Source of the DNA: Pseudovirgaria hyperparasitica
Lineage: Eukaryota
Assembly: GCA_010093815.1 (NCBI GenBank)
Contig: ML996566.1
Strand: one strand, 5' to 3'
DNA length: 64,000 nucleotides
Part shown: positions 26,701 through 36,445 of the stretch, one piece after another
Layout of the letters: every line of letters begins with the position of its first letter
Numbering within the stretch: the stretch's first letter is position 1
Program-made: the position numbers and the translations under genes
Notes under the pieces: generated by a model
Databases searched by the model: none
What the model saw: the letters and a program-made list of their open reading frames with translations, nothing else
What the model was told of the DNA's origin: nothing

Positions 26701-29700
26701 GAATTATTGGAACGATATTGCCGCCTCTGAACTGTCGAAGGGCTTCCAAAGTTACCTTCTACAATTCGAGTCGATTTCTGAGGTATCGAGTGAGCAAGCA
26801 GTTGATAGTCTCTATGGCAAACTAGAGGTAACTTTACGTTCACTGGTCAAATACTTCGCTAGGACAATGCGGTTCTCGGACCCCGTTGATCGTTCCTCGT
26901 GTATACAGAAGACCATCGATGCCTTGACTGGAATGCTACCAATCTACTCTGGCAACGATCCTCGGGAGACTATATCTCGAGGCAAGATCGCCTCAAACAC
27001 GCTGTTGTGTGCTTTGATGGGAATATTGTCGGACATGTCACAGCATTCTTCCGTGCAACATAGCTTGAGACTGAGTGCTGAGGCGTTGTTTTCGAACTCT
27101 GTCAAGTTTCTTTTCTCGAACATCTTGGCTGGTGGACTAGGACAACTGAGAGGATATCTCTCCGATAATCGACTCCATCTCCAACGCGAGAAGGGCATCT
27201 GTGACGATCGACCTTTTGTTGAAGCCCTGATAGTAGCACTACACCTCGGTGCAAAGCCCATCCTCTCAGTGACATCTTTGGGAAACTTTCTCGGAGAGCA
27301 GCTTGATACACAGCTGAAGGATGTTCAGCATGTGGCACGATTCGATAGTATTTGGTACGACATCTTTACGATCCTCCCGTATGCGGAGATGGAAGCAGAC
27401 GGGTCGATGAGGACTGGACGTCGGTTTCAAGAGCCATTGGAGCTTTGGCCGGGAGTTAAATCATTGCTAAGCAGACTGTTCCAGCTATATTTTGCATCTC
27501 AAGCCAGTCCGGCTATGAATGGCTATATCCGAGCTGTTCTGACGCGATGCTGCAACCTTGTCCAGTTATGGGGCTGGTGTCACGGAGAATCCGTCCTCGG
27601 AATAATATTCGACTTCCTCGCGCGCAATGGTCTAGCTCCTTTGCCGCATGAAGAATATCATGGATCGCCTCGGTTCTTGGATAGTCTCAATCAACCCACC
27701 GATCTTCGTGTGCAGCCGGAAGACAAGGCATTCCACATATTCCTGAAGATGCTCGGATCAACTCTCAGAAAACTTGGCGCATTATATTCAAGGAAGAAGA
27801 TGCCAGGAATTGTCTATAGATTCATTCCTAATCATGGCCGAGTGTACAGGAAAGACATGCCTGTCAAGCAGCAGGATCTAGACGCGTTGCAAAACCATCA
27901 TGATCTCCTCTGCGTTTTGTATTGGGCATCTCCGCCAGGTTGCCGACCGAAGCTGGACCTTTTGCGAAATCTTGTTGACCACCAGTCATCACATCGGGAG
28001 GCATGCCGACTGAATGTACGAGCATGGACTATCCTTGTTCGATTCCAACTTTCAACGACTGAAGATGCTGAATCTATTGTACCGTTTGGGACATGGTGCA
28101 AGGAGCTGATAGAGCAGACGCAAGACCAGTATTGGCTCGCCAAGACAGAAGCTTTATCTCAAGTTGACGCGGCTCGCGGTAAAGGGGTCAGAACAATCAC
28201 GGACGATATCGTTCAGTCAACGATAACGAAGAATCAGCGTCAAATCTTGGGGACAATGAGTAGTATAGTTGCAGGCATGAGGACCGCTCTCATGACGTCC
28301 AATGACAAGCACAAGTCTGCACTACTACTCCGCCATGCCTGCTTGACGTCGATTTTCAAACTCTTCGATCCCATGCTGAAACGGGCGAATGCAGTCATTC
28401 TTGAGGCGCTCGAAGTGTCTCGGGAGTATCTCCAGCGTTGCGCAAAGGAAGCAGAGAATGCTGCCGATAAAGCCAATGACGAGAGTCAAGACTACGGAGA
28501 CTTTCCTGATTTAGATGAGATGGATATATCCAGCGACAATGCAAACGCGTCCACAGCTCCGGATGAGGCCGATTTTCTGACAGAACCACTGTGGCAGCTG
28601 GTCTCGAATTGCTTCGGGGCTGACAAATCTCCCACTGATGATAGTATGCTCTCGGCGTCGGTTGATACCTGGGTGGCCGCGACCAGGGCTAATGTCATGG
28701 TAAAGCAACAACCTTGGAGCATCTACATTGATCCGTATAATCCGATGTCATGGCACCAGCTTCGAGACACCGAGCAACGTCGAATATACACTCCTTACTT
28801 CCTGGCCCAAGTCTTGACGACCGACATGAAGGCATACGAGGGCAACAGTATCATCTTCCTGTCCGCTTGGCTCGTCTCGCTTGTCGAGCGAGAGGCTCTG
28901 GTGCGGTTTCAATACAAACTTACCGCCGCCTTAGCTAGCGACGTCTTGTCAGAGCCTCTCCTGGAAAACCTCCCCTTTGAGAGGGACCGTGCCTCGCAAT
29001 ACATGATCGGGCCAATCGAGCTCCGCGAACGTCGACTCATGCTCATATCAACAGTGCTCGGTAACATGCGCCAAGATCTCGAACGGATGCCTCATGGGCC
29101 CGCAAACCACATTACCGGAAAAAGACAAGACTACGGGCAACTGCTCAAGGACCTCATGGGCGCCATGAAGCGAAACTACCGCGAGCTCCAGCAGGGCAAC
29201 GTCGTAGTCACCGGAAGCTACGTCGACTTCGTGCACCGCGTCGTCGAATCTCTGCAGCAATTCACCTCGGACATCCGGCCCCTCGACCCCTTCTTCACCG
29301 ACTCCGCCGCATTCCCCCTTCCCGCAGATGACCCGAACTACGTAATCGGCAAGTTGAAAGGCTACGCATTAAAGACAGGCGAAATGGGGAACTGCATCCA
29401 ACTAGCAACCTTCCTACAAACCCTCACCCAACGCGCCGCCATCGACAACCAACACTCAATCCTAGCCCAGCAACTCCTCAGCGCCATAAACCACCCCTTC
29501 GAATCCGGCCTCCCGCACAAACCCACCCTGCGCCGCCTCCTCATGCAAGCCCTCTTCCCCGTCTACATCCCCCTCGCCCTCTCCACCCCCTGCGGCTGGC
29601 TCCTCGCCCAACCCATCCTCAGCGTCTGCACCACCCTCCTCGACTCCCTACCCTACACCTTCTCAGTCTCAGACCCTCGTAGCCGCGCCGCGGTATCGTC

Positions 29701-30457
29701 CATCCTGGACTCCCATCTGCGTACCCTCTGCCGGACCGCGCACCTCGTCGTCTCGCGCCCTGCTCTCCTGCATCAGCCTAGCGTCCTGCGCATCCTCGCG
29801 CTGCTCTTTGATAATGTCGCTGCTGCGCTGCCGGTGCTGGATTATGTTTCTCGGCGTACGACGGGGCATTGTTGCGGTGGTGGAGGGGCATGCGGGCCGC
29901 TGGTCACATACCTCCTCTCGTGCGCGTCATTTGTTGCAGATTCGCTGGGCGGTGTGTCGGATGTGCCTTTGCCGGTCCTTCCTGATGCTGTTGTGGATGG
30001 TGGTACTGCCATCTCGACGACGATGACGATGACGACGACGACGAATACTGCGGATATGCAGCAGCAGCCGCCGCTCTTCGGTAGTATCCGCGCTTTTTGC
30101 GACGTGGAGTTGCGTCGGGCGTTGGTGGATAGGTGGGATAGACGGGATGGTGGTGGTGGTGGTGGTGGTGGTGGTGGTGACGAGGACGACGACGGTGGGG
30201 TGTATACTTTTGTTGAAGCGGGGGTGCGGAGGAGGACTACTGGGGCGTTGAATGGGTTGGGTGGGTTTGAGGGGGTGAAGGGGGAGGTGCTTGGTTCTGT
30301 GCGCGGGTTGAGGGGGGTTTGGGGGGTTGTTGTGCGTGGTGGGCTTGGTGGTGGGAGTGGTGAGGAGAGGGAGGAGGTGGTGGGTTTGTGGGAGAGAGGG
30401 AGCGGGAGTAGGAGGTATTTGCATGTTGGTGAGATGGGGGGTGAGTTTGTTGTTTGA
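23768..30457 (+). CDS. MMS22: Mus7/Mms22-family replication-fork repair protein, single exon
   Basis: Uninterrupted 6.7 kb ORF with family-typical motifs WREKGYVPDSEDED, RQRKAIQLHPY, KIKGVLPASWLRLD, PNHGR..LQNHHDLLCVLYWASP and SHREAC. An in-frame upstream ATG exists at 23645. Confidence 0.85.
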   Translation: MLAWREKGYVPDSEDEDDSQEKARSPGLQGAAETEANDNGSRAASSAIAPRKKPFKTSTPTQAKTVDYDDDIDELSRDLPNLGAHLRQTLPVEQKNWEKKETTAIQRDHDPYESSDSLSSPPSNLSTPPLSPELPAVSVNRNGQTRRPQAHVVVSPRAPISARDDDVVMEIIDSNPPLQSRRNFRQRKAIQLHPYILEGERYRQELRARGVKPVHVGTHVHAHAATIRHDQYQNGDEQYQSSVSSSGHNGSGLNISSPAHPVQTSTPPTLGSSPAVPIPDRSDSDASLPDVQDLLRNATAGRIGKEITRTPNPKPRRGRPPKHRPVGSVTHRIGDVSTNRTANSPSLRRSEHRQLSSPSPPRKRAKKAHIDSNSRLPTPTASSSIRSRSRFIQTIPDDSDSDAITRSRRRRRNVPAPIQVYSQSSSADSGPDEEDTQVVEKVALHKYRRKIKGVLPASWLRLDRQAQQKQPELRRPSAQYRRAASESRGLDTEEPLMLDQDPTDHLRVPQYETNIENTTNVSSDEGRLEEEGLRQIHNTMGEADEYDVVDTIALPKARIRAPKATKRKRQLRLDDQGLRSITSGKRGIRFEDEKSRKPRNNGTADLSSRVPRSHRSKKARTYLPRRSILDAPLSPAEHSETVPQFIRLAQRQARRQDSQGRHSPSHKHVRLQTETDTADAFKTLTRWREGKIVRSKEKPRGPLRGPLQPRDANQDQHTLEVSVQKSRPETVISSNFNDSSRNGVQKNTASLRQSRLQPIYMQQTVSREQRPRIHHVSSSTKGLRRGRPPVSDPMYRSGQLEGIEDENNLPSSRTKLAAKTNIIQALKKRGPAMPLQLERYLMENVSTEADETRSTFDGDRQDHSKSTGSHAPRLRKRKPVRLDVQTREYRQPSDPLPITIPSEEPQGVYTKGLQGLDSYNLRFSTDFDVHPLETDTFFGPDTFVGSGEFKLSLTAGTRDFSTCSGSDLVVFGESKFCWNYWNDIAASELSKGFQSYLLQFESISEVSSEQAVDSLYGKLEVTLRSLVKYFARTMRFSDPVDRSSCIQKTIDALTGMLPIYSGNDPRETISRGKIASNTLLCALMGILSDMSQHSSVQHSLRLSAEALFSNSVKFLFSNILAGGLGQLRGYLSDNRLHLQREKGICDDRPFVEALIVALHLGAKPILSVTSLGNFLGEQLDTQLKDVQHVARFDSIWYDIFTILPYAEMEADGSMRTGRRFQEPLELWPGVKSLLSRLFQLYFASQASPAMNGYIRAVLTRCCNLVQLWGWCHGESVLGIIFDFLARNGLAPLPHEEYHGSPRFLDSLNQPTDLRVQPEDKAFHIFLKMLGSTLRKLGALYSRKKMPGIVYRFIPNHGRVYRKDMPVKQQDLDALQNHHDLLCVLYWASPPGCRPKLDLLRNLVDHQSSHREACRLNVRAWTILVRFQLSTTEDAESIVPFGTWCKELIEQTQDQYWLAKTEALSQVDAARGKGVRTITDDIVQSTITKNQRQILGTMSSIVAGMRTALMTSNDKHKSALLLRHACLTSIFKLFDPMLKRANAVILEALEVSREYLQRCAKEAENAADKANDESQDYGDFPDLDEMDISSDNANASTAPDEADFLTEPLWQLVSNCFGADKSPTDDSMLSASVDTWVAATRANVMVKQQPWSIYIDPYNPMSWHQLRDTEQRRIYTPYFLAQVLTTDMKAYEGNSIIFLSAWLVSLVEREALVRFQYKLTAALASDVLSEPLLENLPFERDRASQYMIGPIELRERRLMLISTVLGNMRQDLERMPHGPANHITGKRQDYGQLLKDLMGAMKRNYRELQQGNVVVTGSYVDFVHRVVESLQQFTSDIRPLDPFFTDSAAFPLPADDPNYVIGKLKGYALKTGEMGNCIQLATFLQTLTQRAAIDNQHSILAQQLLSAINHPFESGLPHKPTLRRLLMQALFPVYIPLALSTPCGWLLAQPILSVCTTLLDSLPYTFSVSDPRSRAAVSSILDSHLRTLCRTAHLVVSRPALLHQPSVLRILALLFDNVAAALPVLDYVSRRTTGHCCGGGGACGPLVTYLLSCASFVADSLGGVSDVPLPVLPDAVVDGGTAISTTMTMTTTTNTADMQQQPPLFGSIRAFCDVELRRALVDRWDRRDGGGGGGGGGGDEDDDGGVYTFVEAGVRRRTTGALNGLGGFEGVKGEVLGSVRGLRGVWGVVVRGGLGGGSGEEREEVVGLWERGSGSRRYLHVGEMGGEFVV

Positions 30458-31223
30458 GTTGATTCGATGGTGATGGGATACGGAGAAGGGATACAGAGAA
30501 GAAGGTAAAGGAGAGTGTATATATGTGAGGAAGAAGACGACGACGAGGGAGTGGTGGGTGTGTAACGAACGTCATGAACAGAGGTCGTATTTGTATTAAT
30601 CACCCCCCAAAAAGGGTGCCATGGCATGGTGTTTATATGTTCGTAGTAGGTATGTCATCGGATCGGTTCGGTCTGGGGTTCGATTGGGTGGAGTTGGAGT
30701 AGGAGTTTGGGCTGGGCTGGGTGACGTTGGGGTTAGGGGGCGCAAATACACTTCTATATACATACACATCCATCCACAAATCAACAGCACATCCAAGCCT
30801 TCAAGACCTTCACAATAGATAACGACACATATATCCATCCATCCACCATCCATCCCATGCCCACCCAACCTGCACACAACTCCACATTCATCCCAAAATT
30901 AATCACCATCAAATAGATTTTACAGAGTTCAGTGCTCGATATTGTACAGGATTTGACTGATTAACAAATTATTGGATACAAATTTCCTTCCCACCCTATC
31001 GTGGGCCAAAGAGAGAAGAAAAACCATTATACTTTACACTTTACACATCACTTCACACATCAGAATAGAGTGTGAGTGATGCTTGCATTGTGAGTCCTGT
31101 TTAGAAAAACAACGTACAAGGACGAGTCTATGGATTTGGGGTATAGTGCTTTTTCCAACGCCAACAAGACAGAAAAAGAGAGAGAAAAAGGCCAAACCAG
31201 GGCCCTCTCTCTCTCCCCTACAA

Positions 31224-31352
31224 AGCACAGCGCTGATCCCATACATTCCATTCAACGCACAGCGCTGACCTCATGACCCATACATTCCCATCAACGCCCA
31301 GCGCTGACACCATGATCCCATACAATCCCCTAAAACACAGCACTGTCCCATC
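31224..31352. repeat. Degenerate tandem repeat (~31-39 bp, 3-4 copies) at the dynactin stop codon
   Basis: Repeated CAGCGCTGA...CCCATACA(T/A)TCC...TCAACGC. The most diverged copy overlaps the last codons of the CDS. Confidence 0.8.
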
Positions 31353-34300
31353 CGCTCCATGCCTCTGAAAGCGCACTCTCCTGCGCCGACAGCGTAAAGT
31401 ATGACACGCTCGACTTGGGCTGCCAGCCAGCGGCCTTGTCCAAGCCGATGAACTTCATGACATCCGCCACGTGATCGAGCTCAGTCTTTGGATTGCTACA
31501 GGCGAGGAAACGGTTTGTGCCTGGGGGCAGAGTACCGCCAAGCCAAGACTGAATCCTTGCGTCATTCTGCCGGAGCTGGCGGCTATATGTTGCGCGCATG
31601 TATTGAGTGTTCTTCTCCATGGCAGCCAGTTTTGCTTCAAGAGTTCGAACTTTGCGGACTCGCAGCTCTGGCAGAGGACCGGTGGTGGATTTGCTTTCAC
31701 CGCTGAGTTTGCGATAGTGTTCCGCAGTGAGCATGGCGCGCTCTCTCTCCTCATCGGCCTTCTGCATGCGCTCGCGGTGTGCAAGGACTTGTTTTTCCTT
31801 CTCGGCCACCAAGAGCTTCATCTCAGCAAGAGTGTCTCTGAGATCTTGCATTTGGGCGGCACGCCTGCTGGCATCCACGACACGCTTCTCGAGAACCTCG
31901 ACTTTGACATCGCGTTCTTCGAGTTCTTGCTTGCGTGCGGTAATGTCTCGGCGCTGAGAATGGACCTCCTCGCGGAGCTTTCTCATTTCCTCCTCGGCAT
32001 CGACACTGACAATCTTTGCCGCGGCAAGCTCCTTGGAGCGAAGGACCCATGGAGCAGGAGCGCGCTCAAACTCAGCGGTATTGTCAAGATCTGCCGCCTG
32101 GGCGGCGAGCTCCATGAGCTGCCCGGTAAGAGTGTCCAGGCGAGCTCCCATGGCTGCAAACGGAGTTGTTTCCTTGCTGATGCCAGAGAAAACCACACTG
32201 GCGGTGCTCAAGACTGTTGCGCGGATAGAAGCAAATGTGAGCTGGTCGGCGCGGCTCTCATCCATGATGATTGCAAAGATGTTCTCGCCGAGTCTGCGGC
32301 TGTACTCGGCCAGGTCTTCCGCAGCGAGAAGGGCTTGTTGTAATTGGGCATTGCTGCGCTGGTTGAGACCAAGGCTGCGTGCTTTCAGCTCCTGTAGCGC
32401 GCGTATGGCTTTGCCGACAATGACTTTGGCGCTTCGGCAGTAAGAGCCCATCTGTTCGGCTTTGCAGAGGAATTGGTCAAGGTCGTCTTCCGTTTCATCT
32501 TCAGCAAGCGCTGGGACCTGGACACGGACGCCTTCTGTGAGAACTGTGATGGCAATCGCAGTAGAGTCGAGGTGTGATAGTATGAGTGTTGTGGACATGA
32601 GAATCTCGTCAGTGTAGGCAGCGAGGTCACCGCCCGACAGGTGATGCTCGGCAAGATGTGAAATGACTGCACATGAGCGATGAAGTTCCTCTGCGACTTG
32701 CTTCTCTCTGAGGTCCTCTTTCTTGAGCAGTTCAATGTAGCTGTTGAGACTGCGCTCAATAGGCTCGAGGTCAAAGAGGGCGCCCTCAAACTTGGCAAAC
32801 TGGTCGACGGAGCAGCTGTAGATGTGGTTCACAAAGCGCTCCGCCATGGAGCTCATGTATGTAAGCTTGTCCAAGACGTCGCAAGCATCGAAAATGTCCT
32901 CCTCGTGCATCGACTTGTCCGAGCCAGCCACCTTGTCTTTGACAAAGCCATGGAGAAGTGTGGCCTTGAAAGCAACTCTCTTGAAGCGAAGCAGCGCTAG
33001 GACAGAGTCGCGCTCAGAATGGAAGGCCTCTGGCAGGAAGAGCTGCACAATGGCCAGGTGTTCAGCAGCCTCTTGGGCTTCGAGCTTCCTGAGTTCCATG
33101 TCGATGGTCTTGATCTTGGAGCTGGCGGCAGACTGTTGAAGTTGTCTGTTGAGATCCATCATCTCACGTGATTTCTCTTCCATCTGTTGAGCCTCCGAAT
33201 CGGTGATTTCTTTGGTCGACCTCAGATGCTCCAAATCAGACTGCATGTTGGTAACGAGGTCTCTGAATTTTGTGATGGTGTATTCTTGATCAGCGAGAAC
33301 CTCGTCTTGTTGGATCGCGCGACGGGCCTGATCAGCAATCTGGGACTCCTTGAAGTCGATTTCGTCTTGCAGTTGCTTCTCAGTCTCGATGTGATTGATC
33401 TCAAGCTCGTCGTTGACTTCTTTGAGACTTTCGAAATCTTCGACGGTGATCTTGAGCTCGTCAATCTGATCGATGAGTGCCTCATTCTGCTCCGTGAGCT
33501 GTTCGATAATGTCTTCAGCGCCAAGGGCAGCCTCCAACTGCTGACGGAGGTCGTCAATGTCTGCCTCTGCTGCAAGCAGCTTGGCTTTGGTCTCGTCATG
33601 TTCTTGCTTGACCATGCTGAGCTGCTCAACCTCGCTTTGGAGACTTTCAACTTGGTCTTGGAGCTCGGCTTCTTTTTCCTGAGTGACGTCGCGCAGACGT
33701 ATGAGAGCATCTCTGACGCGACTGTTCTCACGCTCCATCTGGAGCCAGCCCTTGCTTGTACGCTCCTCAGGGTCCATCTCTCGACCAAGCTCCTCATTCT
33801 CGTCTTTGAGGATGTCGTTCTCAAGCTGCAACTCTTCGATGCGAGCGCGGATTGTGTCCAGCTCAGTCTTGAAGGCTTCGGCTTGCTCCTCGGCCATTTC
33901 TTTGTCAAGAGTAGCCATTTCCAGGTCGGCATCATGCTCGGCCTGGAGAGCCTCAAGGCTTTCGAATCGATGTTCTGATTCTTTGATGGTCTTCTTGAGT
34001 TCGATGTTTTCTTGGCCTAGCGGCTGGTACTTTGCCTGGAGTTTTTGAATGATAGATTCCAGGCGAGTCTTTTCTTCGCCAAGACGGTCGAGGTCCTTGA
34101 GCTTCTCACGATCCTCGGTGCGCTTCTTTTCGAGCACACGAAGTTTTGTTTGAAGCTCCTCAACTTGCTTGCTGTTGCTTGCTGTTGTTTGATTTCGAGC
34201 AACTGTGCTTGGCGTGCCCGAGGGAGCTGAAGAAGTAGTAGGTCGCTTGGGAGCCTCAGTAGAGGGAGCCTTTCTAGGGGCAATTGAGAGACGACCAGGA

Positions 34301-34704
34301 GCAGGCTTTACTGGTGGTGGGAGTATTTTTTTAGATGGGCTGACTGCCATGCTTGCTCTCGCGCTTGCACGATTTGTAGCAGTGCTCGCCGGTTTCGACA
34401 TGGATGCAATTGTCGAGTGGCGTTTGTTGATGGAAGAAGCTGGAACTTTTGCACCAGAGGATGCAGCAGGCTTGGGTGCCGGTTCTATGACTTTCGAAAT
34501 GCGTTGAAGAAACATTCCGTGCTTAGGCAGGCAGGTAAAATAACGCTTGCCCTGGACGGCACCGTCATTCTTTCCGGTGGCTTCTGAAAGCTCTACGCCA
34601 ATCCAGATGCCCTCGCGAAAAGAGACTTCGCCGGCATAACGAACAGTTGCAACTTGTCCGTCTGCAAGCTCGACAATTGCACCTGGCTTGATGTTGGGAT
34701 CCAT
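31330..34704 (-). CDS. nudM: Dynactin p150Glued subunit (NudM/Ro-3/Nip100), single exon
   Basis: N-terminal CAP-Gly (GIWIGVEL..ATGKNDGAVQGKRYF), basic S/P/K-rich linker, long coiled coil (LEMATLDKEMAEE) and dynactin domain (KTIDMELRKLEAQEAAEHLAIVQLFLP). Confidence 0.95.
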   Translation of the reverse strand: MDPNIKPGAIVELADGQVATVRYAGEVSFREGIWIGVELSEATGKNDGAVQGKRYFTCLPKHGMFLQRISKVIEPAPKPAASSGAKVPASSINKRHSTIASMSKPASTATNRASARASMAVSPSKKILPPPVKPAPGRLSIAPRKAPSTEAPKRPTTSSAPSGTPSTVARNQTTASNSKQVEELQTKLRVLEKKRTEDREKLKDLDRLGEEKTRLESIIQKLQAKYQPLGQENIELKKTIKESEHRFESLEALQAEHDADLEMATLDKEMAEEQAEAFKTELDTIRARIEELQLENDILKDENEELGREMDPEERTSKGWLQMERENSRVRDALIRLRDVTQEKEAELQDQVESLQSEVEQLSMVKQEHDETKAKLLAAEADIDDLRQQLEAALGAEDIIEQLTEQNEALIDQIDELKITVEDFESLKEVNDELEINHIETEKQLQDEIDFKESQIADQARRAIQQDEVLADQEYTITKFRDLVTNMQSDLEHLRSTKEITDSEAQQMEEKSREMMDLNRQLQQSAASSKIKTIDMELRKLEAQEAAEHLAIVQLFLPEAFHSERDSVLALLRFKRVAFKATLLHGFVKDKVAGSDKSMHEEDIFDACDVLDKLTYMSSMAERFVNHIYSCSVDQFAKFEGALFDLEPIERSLNSYIELLKKEDLREKQVAEELHRSCAVISHLAEHHLSGGDLAAYTDEILMSTTLILSHLDSTAIAITVLTEGVRVQVPALAEDETEDDLDQFLCKAEQMGSYCRSAKVIVGKAIRALQELKARSLGLNQRSNAQLQQALLAAEDLAEYSRRLGENIFAIIMDESRADQLTFASIRATVLSTASVVFSGISKETTPFAAMGARLDTLTGQLMELAAQAADLDNTAEFERAPAPWVLRSKELAAAKIVSVDAEEEMRKLREEVHSQRRDITARKQELEERDVKVEVLEKRVVDASRRAAQMQDLRDTLAEMKLLVAEKEKQVLAHRERMQKADEERERAMLTAEHYRKLSGESKSTTGPLPELRVRKVRTLEAKLAAMEKNTQYMRATYSRQLRQNDARIQSWLGGTLPPGTNRFLACSNPKTELDHVADVMKFIGLDKAAGWQPKSSVSYFTLSAQESALSEAWSGWDSAVF

Positions 34705-34794
34705 CTTGTGTTGATGGAAAGTGACAAACGGTAGAACACGCCCACGAGATGGGACGTGTCAGGTTTTGTGGAGAGTGTAATGTGTTTGGCGAGA

Positions 34795-35243
34795 GGTTTG
34801 ATGAGTTTTTGAATGATTCTGATGAATTGTGTGATGGTACTCGATCAGAAAGTTTGATTGACTCTGATGAATTGTACGACTTTGATGGTATTCGATCAGA
34901 ACGGTTTGATGAGTTTTCTTGAATGATTCTGATGAATTGTGTGACCGTACTCAATCAGAAGTGTTTGATGAGTTTTGGTTGATTCTGATGAATTGTACGA
35001 CTTTGATTGTAGTCGATCAGAAGTGTTTGAAGAGTTTTCTTGAACGACTCCGATGAATTGTACGACTTTGATGGAACTCGATCAGAAGTGTTTGAGTTTT
35101 CTTGAAGTTTTCTTGAACGACTCCGATGAATTGTACGACTTTGATAGTCCTCAACCAGAAAAGTCTGACAAGTCTCCTTGATCAATTCTGATGAACTTCC
35201 GACTTTGTGACGATAGCCCTCAATCAGAAAAGTTTGATGAATT
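34795..35243. repeat. Minisatellite, ~7 units of ~50-70 bp, upstream of dynactin
   Basis: Consensus GTTTGATGAGTTTTCTTGAAYGAYTCTGATGAATTGTACGACTTTGATGGTACTCGATCAGAA, repeated with indels. Confidence 0.9.
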
Positions 35244-35922
35244 TGACAGAGAGACGCGACGAAAAAAAAGAAATCCAGGCAATCTGCATCAAAACACACA
35301 AGTCAATTTTTCAATCCTTTCAACGCATTCGGCCAGAGGCCATACTGAACAAAGCCGATTCTTTCTCTTGAAACGTGTCTGGAAGCTTTGTCTTGTGTGT
35401 GTGTGCCTTTGGTTTGATGAGTGTAGTAGAAAGGAAGACGGCGGAACGCGGTTTCGAGAGAGAGAGGGAGAGAGAACAGGCTGCACGGACCAGCTGCGCT
35501 AGTGGCAGCTGGATCCGGGCTAGCGCATTGGAAGCATGGAACCGGAAACGGTCAGGGATAGCAGGAAACGAGAGAAGAGGTTAATAAGGATGGATGGATG
35601 GGAATCGTGGTAGGGTGTATGCTTATTGTGAGTCGGAGGTGTGTGTGTGTGTGTGAGTAGGAGGCGTAGAGTTGGCTGATTAGCGTGGTCGAGTGCTTGC
35701 TTGACGGACAGCGTCTGCCAGCACCGTTCCTTCCTCGCATGTGGAGCCGACCTCATGTCGCTGGGATTCCAGGTCCCTGTGACTTTTTCAGGGTGATCAA
35801 TTCGTAAAGACAGACAGACACATTCGCCAACATATCCGTGCCTGACATACAATCGCACTAGCAAACCAATCATTCCCTGATCGCTCCTTGCCAATCCTTT
35901 CAATGTTCTCATATCCACCCAT

Positions 35923-36445
35923 CTACGACTCCACAGCCAACGCCTTCAAACCCACAAGCCTCCCATTCCCCCCATCCACGCCCACAACATAATACTCCAC
36001 CCTCGTGCCCCCAAGCCGCACCCTATAAACCCGCACCTCCTGCCCCCCAGCCGCCTCCCGCACCGCCTCAAACACCCCCTCATATCGACCCCGCGGATCA
36101 AAATCCTGCCGAGACAGCCCCTCAACCCCATCTTTATGCCCGATCAGCTGCGCGAGACCATCTGCAGCACCACTTGTGTCAGCCAAAAAAAAGTCGAACA
36201 TGCTGATGATTGTCGGGAAACAGCTTACCGTCTGAGGGTAGGTCGGCGGTTTCGTAGGAGAGGGATACGGGTTCAAAGGGCTCGTCTGCGTCGGATTGGT
36301 AGTATTGCTCGATGTTCTGCAGGGCGGCGGGGATGGCGGTGTCGACGGATTTGGTGCTCGGTTTGGCGGGGGATTGGGTTTGGGCCGGGCTGGTGTCCTG
36401 GTTTGCTTTGTCGAGGAAGGCGGCGTAGGCTTCGTCTGAGGCCAT
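35923..36445 (-). CDS. Small fungal protein, nuclease A inhibitor (NuiA)-like, 2 exons; possible 57-aa N-terminal extension from ATG 36616
   Basis: MASDEAYAAFLDKANQD...YYQSDADEPFEPVSL. Intron 36228..36162 (GTAAGC...GCTGAC...CAG) joins in frame to ...EVRVYRV..GGTRVEYYVVGV...RLVGLKALAVES*. The gene model is more certain than the NuiA call. Confidence 0.8.

Noticed and set aside
29842..30627. Long P/T/H-rich antisense ORFs over the MMS22 tail, and similar shadow ORFs over dynactin, SSN6 and ARG8
   Set aside because: By-products of low-complexity skewed sequence and codon bias in the real genes.
34795..35243. Hammerhead ribozyme, box C/D snoRNA cluster or CRISPR reading of the minisatellite (CTGATGA...GAA)
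   Set aside because: No stem II closing directly before GAAA, most units lack GAAA, and no stems I/III. CTGA overlaps TGATGA rather than flanking guide sequences. Inter-repeat sequences are homologous to each other, not unique spacers.
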